The translations under genes were made by a program, and so were the position numbers. From contig CM126203.1 in NCBI GenBank assembly GCA_052327205.1, forward strand, positions 313,658,001-313,722,000: a stretch of DNA of 64,000 bases. The letters run 5' to 3'. Source of the stretch: Somniosus microcephalus (lineage: Eukaryota). Below the pieces are notes generated by a model. That model was not told where the DNA came from. It ran no database searches and was given only the letters and a program-made list of their open reading frames with translations. Shown piece after piece: positions 23,689 through 35,810 of the stretch (positions are counted from its first letter, which is position 1; each line of letters begins with the position of its first letter).

Positions 23689-23945
23689 TGTTAAATCTGT
23701 GAGTTGTTCAAGTAATTAATACTCAGACTTAATCAGTAACAATAAAACAGGTCTTTACTGGTTGGAGGTAGGGACTATACGTAGGTCTTTACTTCATGCC
23801 CACAGGCGGGAACTGAGGGGAGATCAGTACCCACAGTACTATTTATACCCCTATGGCCAGGAGTGGTACTGCGTATCACTACGCCCAACAAGTAGTGCAG
23901 TCCTGTCCATAGGTTCAAAGTAGCACACATATTACATACACAACA
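23689..23945 (-). repeat. 5' LTR of element 2
   Basis: Direct repeat of 20339-20595. Confidence 0.97.
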
Positions 23946-24144
23946 CTTGCGGTCAGTAGAGAGAGTGCCAAAGACCTGGCAAAGTCTGGTAATGACTGTC
24001 GAGAAGTCTGTGCAGTCATCCATGATCACTGAGCACAGCTGCAGTTCAGCACAGAGCACGTGAATGCGAATGGGTGACCAGGTTTGGTCAAATTCTGGGC
24101 TGAGGCCGTCTCTATGTAAAGGGGCGGCAGCTTAGTTAGACCAT

Positions 24145-24666
24145 GGGGTAGAAATGAGCCTAGGTCTGATTTCGGACCCAAACCTGGCACTGCGGAGGCA
24201 GCGTGCGCCCGAAGCAAGAGGCCTGATGATTGATAGAAATTTGTCCTTGGGCCTCATCTGAATAATTGGGGTGAGCTGCCAGTCCTGGACACGGCTCTAC
24301 AGGAAGCACGTCGGACGGGAGACATCAATTTGGGGCCGCCTTAATCGCGGCCCTCGGGGAAGTCCCAGAAGGGGGGCTTGCTGGAGCAGGATACGGCGGG
24401 GGTGGGGGGTCGATGCGACTACCTTGGAGTTGGGGGACCACTACTTCCTTAAAAAACTAAATTTTAAGCTTTGGTTGGCAGCCACAAGGACCGCTGAAGG
24501 TCTGACACCTGCCCCACTTAGCAGTAACAATTTCTTAAGGGGGTCCTTTAAAAGGCCAGGAATGCCTAAAAAAAGGGCCACACAGACCATCCTACTGCTA
24601 AATTGGTATGCTTTGCACCTGTTTTACACCCAAAAATCAGACGCAACGCATACCAATTTCTACCCC
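24145..24666. mobile_element. MITE, PIF/Harbinger-type
   Basis: TIR GGGGTAGAAAT/ATTTCTACCCC, TSD CAT. Confidence 0.75.
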
Positions 24667-25282
24667 CATATGTGAAAGTGGCTTTACTTTGGGCTTGTGA
24701 CTGCTGAATTTGTCAGTGAAACATTGCAAAGATGTTTTTAACCACAAAGTTTGTCAAATTGAAACAGGTCAGTATATTTTGCGCTGGGTACGTTCCATGG
24801 TGCCAGCATGTGAGCCTAGATTATAATTATTAGCAGGCTGTCAATCCACAGGGAACATCACTCAAAGCCTGATCTTGTCCTCATCCAATCCAGTAGGAGT
24901 CACTCAATAACAATCAGAAAGAGGAATCTTGGCTGATCTTTCCACTCTCTAGCTTAGGGAAACTGAACCAACAGTAATGCCTTCATTAGTGCCCAGATGA
25001 CATTAGGTAACTCAGCACAGACCAGAAATTGAAGCTGAGACTTTCCTAATTCATGTACTGGATGATCTATTTATCAATTGAACCACCAGTGGAGTCTGGG
25101 ATTTGCCACTTAACAGGAATATTCACTTATCAAGTATTTATTTAAGCAACATCAACCAAGATCCAGGATTCATGAAATGCACTGCAGCTGGACATTGTAG
25201 GGAACACGTTTATTAAGTGAAGACGTTTCACAGATAATGTTTGAAATGGGAGATACAACAGGACTTTAAATATGCAATGGAG

Positions 25283-25615
25283 CATTGGAACATGAGTAGG
25301 CCATTCAGCCCCTCGAGCCTGTTCCACCATTCAATTAGATCATGGCTGATCTGTATCGTAACTCCATCTACCTGCCTTGGTTCCGTAACTCTTAATATCC
25401 TTGCCTAACAAAAATCTATCAATCTCAGTTTTGAAATGTTCTATCGACCTAGCCTCAACAACTTTTTGGGGGAGAGAGTTCCAGATTTCCACTACCCTTT
25501 GTGTGAAGAAGTGCTTCCAGACATCACCCCTGAATGGCCGAGCTCTAATTTTAAGGTTATGCCTCCTTGTTCTGGACTCCCCCATCAGAGGAAATAGTTT
25601 CTCTCTATCTCTCCA
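25283..25615 (-). mobile_element. CR1 LINE 3' fragment
   Basis: DREKLFPLMGESRTRRHNLKIRARPFRGDVWKHFFTQRVVEIWNSLP. Confidence 0.88.
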
Positions 25616-26351
25616 ACAACTCCTGTAATCATCAATGGTATTTATCTTCCAAATACAAAACAAAGTTCTGGCACTTGAAAAATTAACCTATCTCTTCTCT
25701 TTCAGACTTTCTCTATATTTCTGCATTTTCCATTTACGTTTCAGATTTTCATCATTCAGTTTTACATACTGTAAATAAATATTTGAATTCTGTAATAAAT
25801 ACAAAAGCTGTTTTAGACACTGTTGATGTAGCAGTTGGTCAATCTTTCCCATAAACCAGCGCAAAGGAGCATCCTAGTGTTTTACTCAAATATATTACTT
25901 GCGTTCCCCTCTTCTGTTGACTCATGCTAGTGTACTGTGCTACAGATGTCCTCCTGTAGCTCACCCAAATGGTTGCTCTTCATGTGTGTGCACAGAATGA
26001 GTGTCAGCAGATGATTATCCCATGAAGGACATCATGGCTGAGCTTGATTCTACTCTCCTCCAACATCCAATCATGCATACTCCCAGTAGGGTTACTGGAC
26101 AGCAATTGGGAGCAGGCATCCTGGCCAATTTCCCCCTTTAATAACCCAGGGAGTTGGAAACCAATTGTAGTCCTCTACTACCACCCAGCTGATAACTTAA
26201 CATAGGCCAGGGATTGAATCTGACACCTCTGTAGTCTGAATGGCTCAGCAAACACACCTTTTGAGATTTCCTAAAACCCTTGTTTGTAAAAGGTGAAAAG
26301 TTTCAGATGAGACGCTAAACCGAGGGCCCATCTGCCCTTTCAGGTGGATGT

Positions 26352-26937
26352 ACCTCTAGACTTGACGATTCCAACACACTCCTGGCTGGCCTCCCACATT
26401 CTACCTTACGTAATCTTGAGGTCATCCAAAATTTGGCTGCCCGTATCCTAACTCGCACCAAGTCCCGTTCACCCATCACCCCTGTGCTCGCTGACCTACA
26501 TTGGCTCCCCGTTAAGCAATGCCTCGATTTCAAAATTCTCATCCATGTTTTCAAATTCCTCCATGGCCTCGCCCCTCCCTATCTCTGTAATCTCCTTCAG
26601 CCCCACAACCCCCCGAGATATCTGCGCTCCTCTAATTCTGCCCTCTTGAGCATCCCTGATATTTATTGCTCAACTATTGGTGGCCATGCCTTCTGTTGCC
26701 TAGGCCCTAAGCTCTGGAATTCCCTGCCTAAACCTCTCCACCTCGCAACCTCTCTTTCCTCCTTTAAGACGCTCCTTAAAACCTACCTCTTTGACCAAGC
26801 TTTTGCTCACCTGCCCTAATTTCTCCTTATGTGGCTCGGTGTCAAATTTATTTTGTCTTTTAATACTCCTGTGAAGTGCCTTGGGATGTTTTACTACGTT
26901 AAAGGCGCTAGATAAATATAAGAAGTTGTTGTTGTTA
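26352..26937 (+). mobile_element. L2 LINE 3' fragment inserted in a Deu-domain SINE (about 26300-27190)
   Basis: AARILTRTKSRSPITPVLADLHWLPV...FKTLLKTYLF (L2 ORF2 C-terminus) and (TTG)n tail; SINE sequence on both sides. Confidence 0.88.
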
Positions 26938-28019
26938 TGTAAAAGAAGAGATGGGAAGTTCTCTGTGGTGTCCTGGCCAATATTTATCCCTCAACCAATA
27001 TCACTAAAACAGATGACCTGTTCATTATTACATCGCTGTTTGTGGGACCTTGCTGTGCGCATATTGGCTGTCGCGTTTCCTACATTACAACAGTGACTAC
27101 ACTTCAAAAGTACTTGATTGGCTGTAAAGTGCTTTGGGACCTCCTGATGTCATGAAAAGCACTACATAAATGCAAGTTTTTCTTTCTTTTACAGTTGCTG
27201 ACTTCAGTAATTGATTTGTAAATGTTCAACTTACTACTTATTTTCAAAATGCAAATACTGTAGACACGGTAAATGTAACTTGCTATTCAGCGACTTACTG
27301 GATCAATCTAATTCCACTGATTAAGGAAGTAACTGCTGTGATGCTGAGAATGGACTAGGGTACTTGTCAAGGTAATGCCATAGTGGCTTCCTAAATCATG
27401 CTGTCAGCAGCTGCACAAAAGCAGTTATTTTAATGCTCGCTGTCACTCTCTCTGCTGTACATGGCTTCAACACAGACAGCCATGTGATGAATGTTAAAGG
27501 AAACACATGGTTAACCACTCGCTTCTGGTTTCAAGAAAGCTGGTTAAAAAGGAACAGGATGCCCTCCAAAGGCCTCATGCTCTGGAGTGCATTGCTGGCT
27601 TGATCATATGCCCTGGTTAGGACAAGATCTTTGATATACTGCGTGTTCCTCACTGGTAATGTTTAAATGAAACTGTTTTTTTCTAAATATATCACTTGTA
27701 CATCTGTCAACTCAGGATTTAGGATGAATACTAAACTAAAAGGGAGGTGGCAATCAAATCTGAAGAGCCAGCTTATAAAGTACAAACTGAATTCAGATCC
27801 AATGTGTAAGTGCGCCAACCAGTGAAATTCAGTACCAATAGATAGAAAGTATTGAACATACGAAGAAAAATAAAGAGAAGCATACACAGTCCACAAATGG
27901 TGTTGAAATAGTTAAGTATGAAATTGAAAGAGATCTGGAGGTATTAGTAGGCACAGCACTTAACACATCTCGTCACTAAAGAGCAACAATCAACAAAGCA
28001 AATAAAATGCTAAAATATT

Positions 28020-29440
28020 TCAGTGCAGTACTGAGGGAGTGCTAATCTGTCAGAGATGCCGTCTTTCGAATGAAACGTCTGCTCTCTCAGGTGGACATAA
28101 AAGCTCCCACAGCACTATTTGAAGAGCAGCAGGGGTGTCCTGGCCAATATTTATCCCTCAATCAGTATCACTAAAAAGCAGGTTATTTCATCATCTATGG
28201 CCTTGCTGTTTGTAGCACCCTGCTATATGCAAATTGGCTGCCACATTTCCTATTTTATAAATGATAGCAAAATACTGCGGATGCTGGAAATCCGAAATAA
28301 CAACAGAAAACACTGGAAAAACTCAGCAGGCCAGGCAACATCCGTGGAGAGACAAACAGAGTCAATGGGGTCGATTTTCCCGAAGCTGTCAGGAAGAAGG
28401 CGGGACTGCAACTTTCGGGTTTTAGACCCGCCTACATCGACGTCCGGCCAATCCGCGCGATTTTCCCTTGACTGATCTTGTTGAGCCCGCCCAGCGGGCT
28501 CAGCAGGCCAATTAAGGGCTACCCGGCAACAGGTGACGTCACAGACTGCAATTTCATCTGTCAAGAGATCTTGACAGATGAAATATCAGTGTTTCACAGC
28601 TGTTTGAAGCTGCCAAACACTGACAGTCTGAGTTCTAACATGAGTCCTTCTGCACAGACTCAGTTAGAACTCTCAGCAGCACTCAAAGCTGAAGGCTGTC
28701 ACTTTTCACAGATCGCAGCCATTCAGCTTTAAGTGCCGGCTGAGTGATGCGCTCCTGACGCCTACAGGAAGAAAGGCTGTTAAGGTAAGTACAGGTAAGT
28801 AAAAGTTCTTTACACACTTTAGACACACCAAACACACTTACCTTTGCACTTATGCACCCATCACTCACCTGAACACCGACATCGTGACCCCTCCAACTCC
28901 ATCAACCCGACGGCCCGCCTGCTCTAACCTGGTGTGGCTTGGAGTCGTCGGGAATCCCACACGACACCCCTCAAAATAGGGATTAGGCTAAAAACTGCCT
29001 GTTAACTACCTGTTAACAGGCAGTTAATTGGCACTAATCCCTTCCCGCCTGGGGTCGGCGGGTCCCAGTGAGGGGCGGGTACCCGCCGCCTCTGAAACTT
29101 GCGTGGAGCGGGGTTTTGGGCGGGATGGTGTTGGGACCCCCGAATTCGGGATTTCCCCCCCCCACATGCCTGAAACCCCGCCTGACGGCTCCAGGAAAAT
29201 CGACCCCAATGTTTCAGGTCGAAGACCCTTCGTCCTGACGAAGGGTCTTCGACCTGAAACGTTAACTCTGTTTCTCTCTCCACGGATGTTGCCTGGCCTG
29301 CTCAGTTTTTTCCAGTGTTTTCTGTTGTTATTTCCTATTTTATAAAGGTGACTACACTCTAAAAGTACTTCATTTTCTGTAAGGTGCTTTCAGATGTCCT
29401 GAGGTCATAAAAGGTGCTATATAAATGCAAGTTCTTTCTT
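28020..29440 (+). mobile_element. Deu-domain SINE hosting a Penelope-tail hairpin insertion (28262-29329), itself hosting a MITE
   Basis: SINE core and tail on each side; 17-bp duplication ATTTCCTATTTTATAAA at 28245-28261 and 29330-29346. Confidence 0.8.
28367..29207. mobile_element. 841-bp MITE, PIF/Harbinger-type
   Basis: Perfect 14-bp TIR GGGGTCGATTTTCC/GGAAAATCGACCCC, TSD AAT; sister copy at 50263-51102. Confidence 0.85.
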
Positions 29441-29589
29441 TCTATAGTAGAGTGCAAGTCAGAGGAAGTCATGTTTAATCTCTGGTCTGACTGCACCTTG
29501 AGTACTGTGTCCAAACTTTGTACAATAGTGTAAAACGGGTGATAGCAAGTCAGCAGCCCATTTTACATCTTCCTGATTTTTAATTTCAA

Positions 29590-31170
29590 GTTTATCTCCT
29601 CTCTCTCATCCTGGTCATTCCCCCGAGTATAGCCTCATCCATCTTCACTCCCTCAAGTCCAAGGGACAAAAACTTGATCAAAAATCTGGCGCACAACTGA
29701 CTTAGCCATCCATCAGATCTTGCTGTAAACATCAGCTGTTATCGGGCCTCACTCTCCTTGGCCAAAACTGTCCACTACTCCAGAATCATCCTGGATAGCA
29801 AAGATAAACCCCAGCTTCTTTTCTCAACTACCAAACATCTCCTTAAACCCTCTCCCCTGCCCCCTCCACTCTCAACTCCAACACCAAGAATAAGGACCTC
29901 ATGGACTTCTCTGTCATCAAGATTGAGACCATCCATTCAGCTGCCTCTGCGGCTTTCCTCCTTCCCCTTGCCCACCAAGCAAAACTTCCCCACCTCCCTC
30001 CCCATCCAGTCTTGGATGAGCCACAATTTCCTCCAGCAAAACATTGGGAAGACTGAAGCCATCGTCTTTGACCTCTGCCAGACACTTCGTACTATTGGCA
30101 CTGATTCTATCCCACCTTCAGCCACTATTTCAGGTTGAACCAGATTGTTCGCACTCCCGGCGTCCGTTTCAACCCTGGGCTTCCAACCCCATGTCCTCTC
30201 CATCACAAAGACATAGAAACATAGAAACATAGAAGATAGGAGCAAGAGTAGGCCATTCAGCCCCTCGAGCCTACTCCGCCATTCAATGAGATCATGGCTG
30301 ATCATCCAAACTCAGCACCCTGTCCCTGCCTTCTCCCCATATCCCTTGATCCCTTTAGCCTTAAGAAATATATCTAACTCCTTCTTGAATATATTTAATG
30401 AATTGGCCTTAACTGCCTTCTGTGGTAGAGAATTCCACAGGTTCACCGCTCTCTGGGTGAAGAAATTCCTCCTCATCTCTGTCCTAAATGGCTTACCCCT
30501 TATCCTTAGACTGTGACCTCTGGTTCTGGAGACCGCCTACTTCCACCTCCATAACATTGCCCACTTCTGCCCCTGCCTCAGCCCATCTGCTACTGAAAGT
30601 CTCTTCCAGATTTGACTCTTCCAATGCTCTCCTGGTCGGCCTTCCATCCTCCACACTCAGTACACTTCAGCTCATCCAAAGCTCCACTGCCCATATCCTA
30701 TCCCACAAAAATGCCATTCACTCATCACCCTTGCCTTGCTGGCCTACATTTGGTTCTTGGTCCCCCAACACCTCCAATTTAAAGTTCTCATCATCGCATT
30801 TAAATGCCTTCATGGCATTGCCTCTCTCCATGTCTGTAACCTCATCCAGCCCTATAACTCCCCAGATCACTGCATTCCTCCAACATTGGCCTCCTGTGCA
30901 TCCCCTCCCGCCCCCTACGTTTCACCACTGGCCATGCCTTCAGCCATCTAGGTCTGACACTCTGGAATTCACTCACTAAACCCCTCCGCCTCTCCAGCTT
31001 TTCTCTTCCTTTAAAACCCTTCATAACACCCTCCTTAAGGCTTACCTCTTTGACCAAGGTTACCGCTCATAAAATCTACTTCTTTGGCTCGCCTTTTTAT
31101 CTGATTACTCTTCTGTGAAGTGCCTTGGCATGTTTTTCTACATTAAGGGGCAATATAATGCATGTTGTTT
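29590..31170 (+). mobile_element. Degenerate L2 LINE pieces interrupted by a CR1 3' fragment (about 30211-30527, minus)
   Basis: IQSWMSHNFLQQNIGKTEAIVF and SRFDSSNALLVGLP L2 motifs; CR1 tail CATAGAAACATAGAAACATAGAA. Confidence 0.75.
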
Positions 31171-31697
31171 GTTGTTGTTGCCTGTTGATGACGATGATGA
31201 TGATGCTGCACACAAGTACAGAAGACTGTCTGCAACTGGCTATTGAAGACCATTTCAAGCTCAGAACAGAGCAGTGGAAGATACCCCTCCCCCACACTGC
31301 ACCTTATATGAGTTGAGTATGTTTTATTTGCAAATAAACCGTGACCAGAGGAAACGAGAGAAAATTTCCATCTAAAACAAGGCAGAAAATCAAATAAATT
31401 CCTTGGTTTCACTTACAATTGGGATGTCCTTGTCCTCCTGTGTCTGAGTGCGTATGTGTGTGACTGAGAGAGAGAGAAGAGGGGAATACTTTCAAAGCAA
31501 ATACACAGACTTGATGTGGTTTAAGGAAAGAGTTTCCACTTCAGAATGGTATTCAGGAATAGAAATAATGTTGGTCTACTCCATACTTTCAGACCAGCCA
31601 CTTGCTGCTTTCAGCTGAACACAAAACAGCACCTTCATCCCAATGCAAAATACTATTGCCCTGCAGGAGTCTGACACCAGAATCCAAATAAAATATT

Positions 31698-32458
31698 GGC
31701 CCAGAACTAGGTGTCGGGGGCTTGCCGCGCGTGCAAGCCCCCGATCTGCACTCACCCTGCGCGCTGACATCTGAAGCCCGGGCCTGCTTGCATTTCCTGT
31801 CACTGGCCCGGTTCAGATGTCAGCGCGCAGTGCTTACCTGATCAAGCGGCGTAGTTAGTGCGATGTGCCGGCTGGGATCAGGTGAGCACTGTACAACCAA
31901 TCAGGGGAGGGGAATGTTCATTCATGAGTTTGAGAGTAAGAACTGTCAAACTCATGAAAACTACAGGGGCCCAAAACACTATTTAAACTTTAAATAAAAA
32001 TTTAAAAAACATCCCAATCATTAAATTAAGTATAAATAAGTTTTAAAAAATTTAAACAATAATTTTTTTTTTTGAAAAAAATAAATTTTTAATAAAAAGG
32101 GTCTAAAACTAAACTTACCTTATTGCAGATTCTTTAAAATAATAAACCTGTGGAAAAAAAATTCTACATTGCACTAAAACACCACTTACCTGTAAAAATA
32201 AAAACTTACGTGTGCTTTTTACAAGCGTAAAGACCAGAGGCCTTTACACATGCGCAAATCCCCCAAAACAGAGGAAATCCAAGACGCACGCGCTGCCCCC
32301 TACAGCGCATGCGCTAGCCTCTTCAACTCTTGGGTTAGAGGAGAGGAAATGTCGGTTTTCAGCGCATGCGCTGTGCATGCTGAAAACCGGCATTTCCTCC
32401 GGCCAGACGCGTGAGTACCCCTTCCGTACTCACGCGTTTGGGGAGGAATTACTGCCCC
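31698..32458. mobile_element. MITE-like element with GC-rich palindromic subtermini and an AT-rich core
   Basis: Imperfect GG...CCCC termini, flanking ATT duplication, internal hairpins (ACGCGTGAGTAC/GTACTCACGCGT; TGCGCGCTGACATCTGAA/TTCAGATGTCAGCGCGCA). Confidence 0.6.
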
Positions 32459-32629
32459 ATTGTTTAATGCAGCCTCACAGGACTCTCAGGCTCATATATT
32501 AATAATGGCCATTTATGTATAGTAGCAAATGATAGCAAGCGTCTGTGGAACAGTATCAGGACAGCCATTCCATTTCATCCATCGCCTCATCCGGCACTTG
32601 AACAAAAAACTTTTTTTCTTCCTTTCAGG

Positions 32630-35296
32630 TGTCAAGGATTGAAAGCTTCAGCAACTCTTGGACACCAATGCACCTCCAGAATCTTCTTTCCCTTCACTTT
32701 CCTCTGACCCCATTCTTTCTTCCAATCTCACCTCCTGCCGTGTTTTCACTATCCCCTCTGACCTTCCCTCTCTGACCCAGAACGATCAGTCCTCAGCAAA
32801 GGCCTGAGCTTCATCCCCTTACGCCCCCACCTCAATGAATTTCGAGCTCGGCACGGCGCTAAGCTCTTTTTCCGTCGCCTTCATTTCCATGCCCACTTCT
32901 TTGGCCAGGAGTCTTCCCCCGCACAGCTGACCCTTTCTCCCATTTTCTGAATTCTTGTTCCACCTGGACCCCTCCCTCTGGCCTCTTAACCTCTCTTGAT
33001 CTTTTCATTGCTAACTGCCGGCGTGACATCGGTCATCTCAATTTCTCTGCTCCCCTCACTCACTCCAACCTACCTCCCTCTGAACTTGCGGCACTCCATT
33101 CTCTCAGATCCAACCCCAACTTTGCCATTAAACCTGCTGACAAGGGTGGCGCTGTTGTTGTTTGGCGAACCGACCTCTACCTAGCGGAGGCTAAACGCCA
33201 ACTCTCCGACACCTCCTCCTACCTCCCCCTGGAGCATGACCCCACTACCGAACATCAAGCCACCGTTTCCAAGACTGTCACTGATCTCATCTCTTCTGGA
33301 GATCTTCCCTCCACGGCCGCCAACCTCATAGTTCCCCAACCCCACACAGCCCGCATCTACCTCCTTCTCAAGATCCACAAACAGGACTGGCCCGGTAGAC
33401 CCATCGTTTCAGCCTGTTCTTGCCCCATGGAACTTAGCTCTTCCTATCTCGACTCTATTTTTTCTCCCTTTGTCCAGTCTCTTCCCACTTACATCTGTGA
33501 CTCTTCCGACATCCTCCACCACTTTAACAGTTTCCAGTTTCCTGGTCCCAACCATCTCCTTTTCACTATGGACGTCCAATCCCTCTACACCTCCATCCCC
33601 CACCAGGATGGGCTGAGGGCGCTCCACTTCTTCCTTGAACAGAGGCCCAACCAGTCCCCATCCACCACCACCCTCCTTTGCCTGGCTGGACATGTTCTCA
33701 CGTTGAACAACTTCTCCTTTGACTCCACTCACTTCCTCCAAATTAAAGGTGTTGCTGTGGGGACCCGCATGGGTCCTAGCTATGCCTGCCTTTTCGTGGG
33801 ATATGTGGAACATTCGTTGTTCCAGTTCTACTCAGGTCCCCTCCCTCACCTCTTTTTCTGGTACGTTGATGACTGTATCGGTGCCATTTCCTGCTCTTGC
33901 CCTGAACTAGAAAATGTGATTCACTTTGCCTCCAATTTCCACCCTTCCCTCACCTTCACATGGTCCATCTCTGACTCTTCCCTTCCTCGATTTCTCTGTC
34001 TCCATCTCTGGGGATAGGTTATTGACTAACATTCACTACAAGCCCACTGACTCCCACAGCTACCTGGACTACACTTCCTCCCACCCCGCTTCCTGTAAGG
34101 ACTCTATTCCATTCTCCCAGTTTCTCCGTCTCCGCCGCATCTGCTCTGACGATGCCACCTTCCATACCAGTGCTTCCGACATGTCTTCCTTTATCCTCAA
34201 CTGAGGATTCCCCTCTGCCATGGTTGACATGGCCCTTGACCGTGTCCATTCTATTTCCCGCACTTCTGCTCTCACCACTGCCCCTCCCTCCCAGAACCAT
34301 GATAGGGTTCCCCTTGTCCTCACCTTTCACCCCATCAGCCTCCACATTCAACGGATCATCCTCCGCAATTTCCGCCACCTCCAGTGTGATCCCACCACCA
34401 AACACATCTTCCCCTCACCTCCCCTTTCAGCATTCTAAATTGACCACTCCCTCCGCGACACCCTGGTCCACTCCTCTATCACTCCCAACACCCCCTTCGT
34501 CCGGCCCCCTCCTGTGCAAGCGCAAGAGATGCAACACATGCTCTTTTATCTCCTCCCTTCCCACTGTCCAGGGCCCCAAACACCCCTTCCAGGTGAAACA
34601 GCGATTTACTTGTACTTCTTGCAATTTAGTATACCATATTCGCTGCTCATGATGCAGTCTCCACTACATTGGGGAGACCAAACGCAGATTGGGTGACCGC
34701 TTTGTGGAACACCTCCGTTCAGTCCGTAAGGGTGACCCCGAGCTTTCGGTCGCCTGTCACTTTAATTCTCCGCTCCACTCCCACTCTGATCTCTCGGTCC
34801 TCGGCCTCTTACACTGTTCCAATGAAGCTCAACGTAAGCTCTTGGAACAGCACCTCATCTTTCGATTAGGCAATTTACAGCCTTCTGTACTCAACATCGA
34901 GTTTGACAATTTCAGACCATAACCTCTGCTCCTATCATTTTTTGTTTTCTCTCTCACAAGGCAGCTGTTGATCATTCTGCCAGTGCCATTTACACTTCAT
35001 CTAGAGTCATCTTTTGTTTCTTAACTTGTCCCATTACCATCTTCTTTTGCCTTGCACCATCATCCCTTTTGTCTCGTAATCTCTCCTGCCTTCCACCCTA
35101 TCACAGACCTTCACTTTTGTTCTTTCCTCCTCTCCCCCCTCTCCCTGCCCCTACACTTGCTTAAAAACCTGTTCCATCTCCAACTTTTTCCAGTTCTGAT
35201 GAAGGATCATCGACCTGAAGCGTTAACTCTGTTTCTCTCTCCACAAATGCTGCCTGACCTGCTGAGTATTTCCAGCATTTTCTGTTTTTATTTCAG
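32630..35296 (+). mobile_element. Penelope-like retroelement (RT + GIY-YIG endonuclease), disrupted
   Basis: KPADKGG, TMDVQSLYTSIPH, QIKGVAVGTRMGPSYA, WYVDD, FLD, YKPTDSHSYL, NLVYHIRC..YIGETKRRLGDRFVEH; 3' tail with hammerhead-like motif. Confidence 0.92.
35192..35228 (+). ncRNA. Minimal type I hammerhead ribozyme motif in the Penelope tail (core mutated GAAA>GAAG)
   Basis: AGTT-CTGATGA-AGGATCATCGACCT-GAAG-CG-TT-AACT. Confidence 0.55.
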
Positions 35297-35356
35297 CAAT
35301 ATCAGAAGGCTAGTAAAGAGCAAAATACGTACTTCAGATTCTAGAAATGTGCACCA

Positions 35357-35810
35357 GCCATGGCTCAGTTGGTAGCACACTTGCCTCTGAGTCAGAAGGT
35401 TGTGGGTTCATAGACCCACTCCAGAGACTTGAGCACAAAAGTATAGGCTGACACTCCAGTGCAGTACTGAGGGAGTGCCGCACTGTTAGAGGTGCTGTCT
35501 TTCAGATGAAATGTTAAACCGAGGCCCTGTCTGCTCTCTCATGTGGATGTATAAAAACCTGTGGCACTATTTCGAAGAAGAGCAGGGGAGTTATCCCTGG
35601 TGTCCTAGCCAATATTTATCCCTCAATCAACATCACTAAAACAGATTATTTGGTCATCATCACATTGCTGCTTGTGGGGGCTTGCTGTGCGCAAACTGGC
35701 TGCCGCATTTACTACATTACAACAGTGACTGTACTTCATTGGCTGTAAAGCGCTTTGAGATGTCTGATGGTTGTGAAAGGTGCTATATAAATGTAATTTT
35801 TTTTTTCTTT
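35357..35810 (+). mobile_element. Full-length SacSINE1-like tRNA-derived Deu-domain SINE
   Basis: A box TGGCTCAGTTGG, B-box-like GGGTTCATAGACC, Deu core, L2-like tail. Confidence 0.85.

Larger units (their letters stand above)
20339..23945 (-). mobile_element. Non-autonomous Ty3/Gypsy LTR element 2 (gag-protease fused to STK10-, OPTN- and DNAJC21-like fragments; no RT/RH/IN)
   Basis: 257-bp LTRs 20339-20595 and 23689-23945 with 2 mismatches and TG...CA ends; perfect 5-bp TSD CTTGC (20334-20338, 23946-23950); PBS TGGCGACGAG; PPT AGGAAGGGAGGAA (20596-20608). Confidence 0.97.

Noticed and set aside
35357-35430. tRNA gene
   Set aside because: It is the tRNA-derived head of a SINE, continuous with the Deu core.
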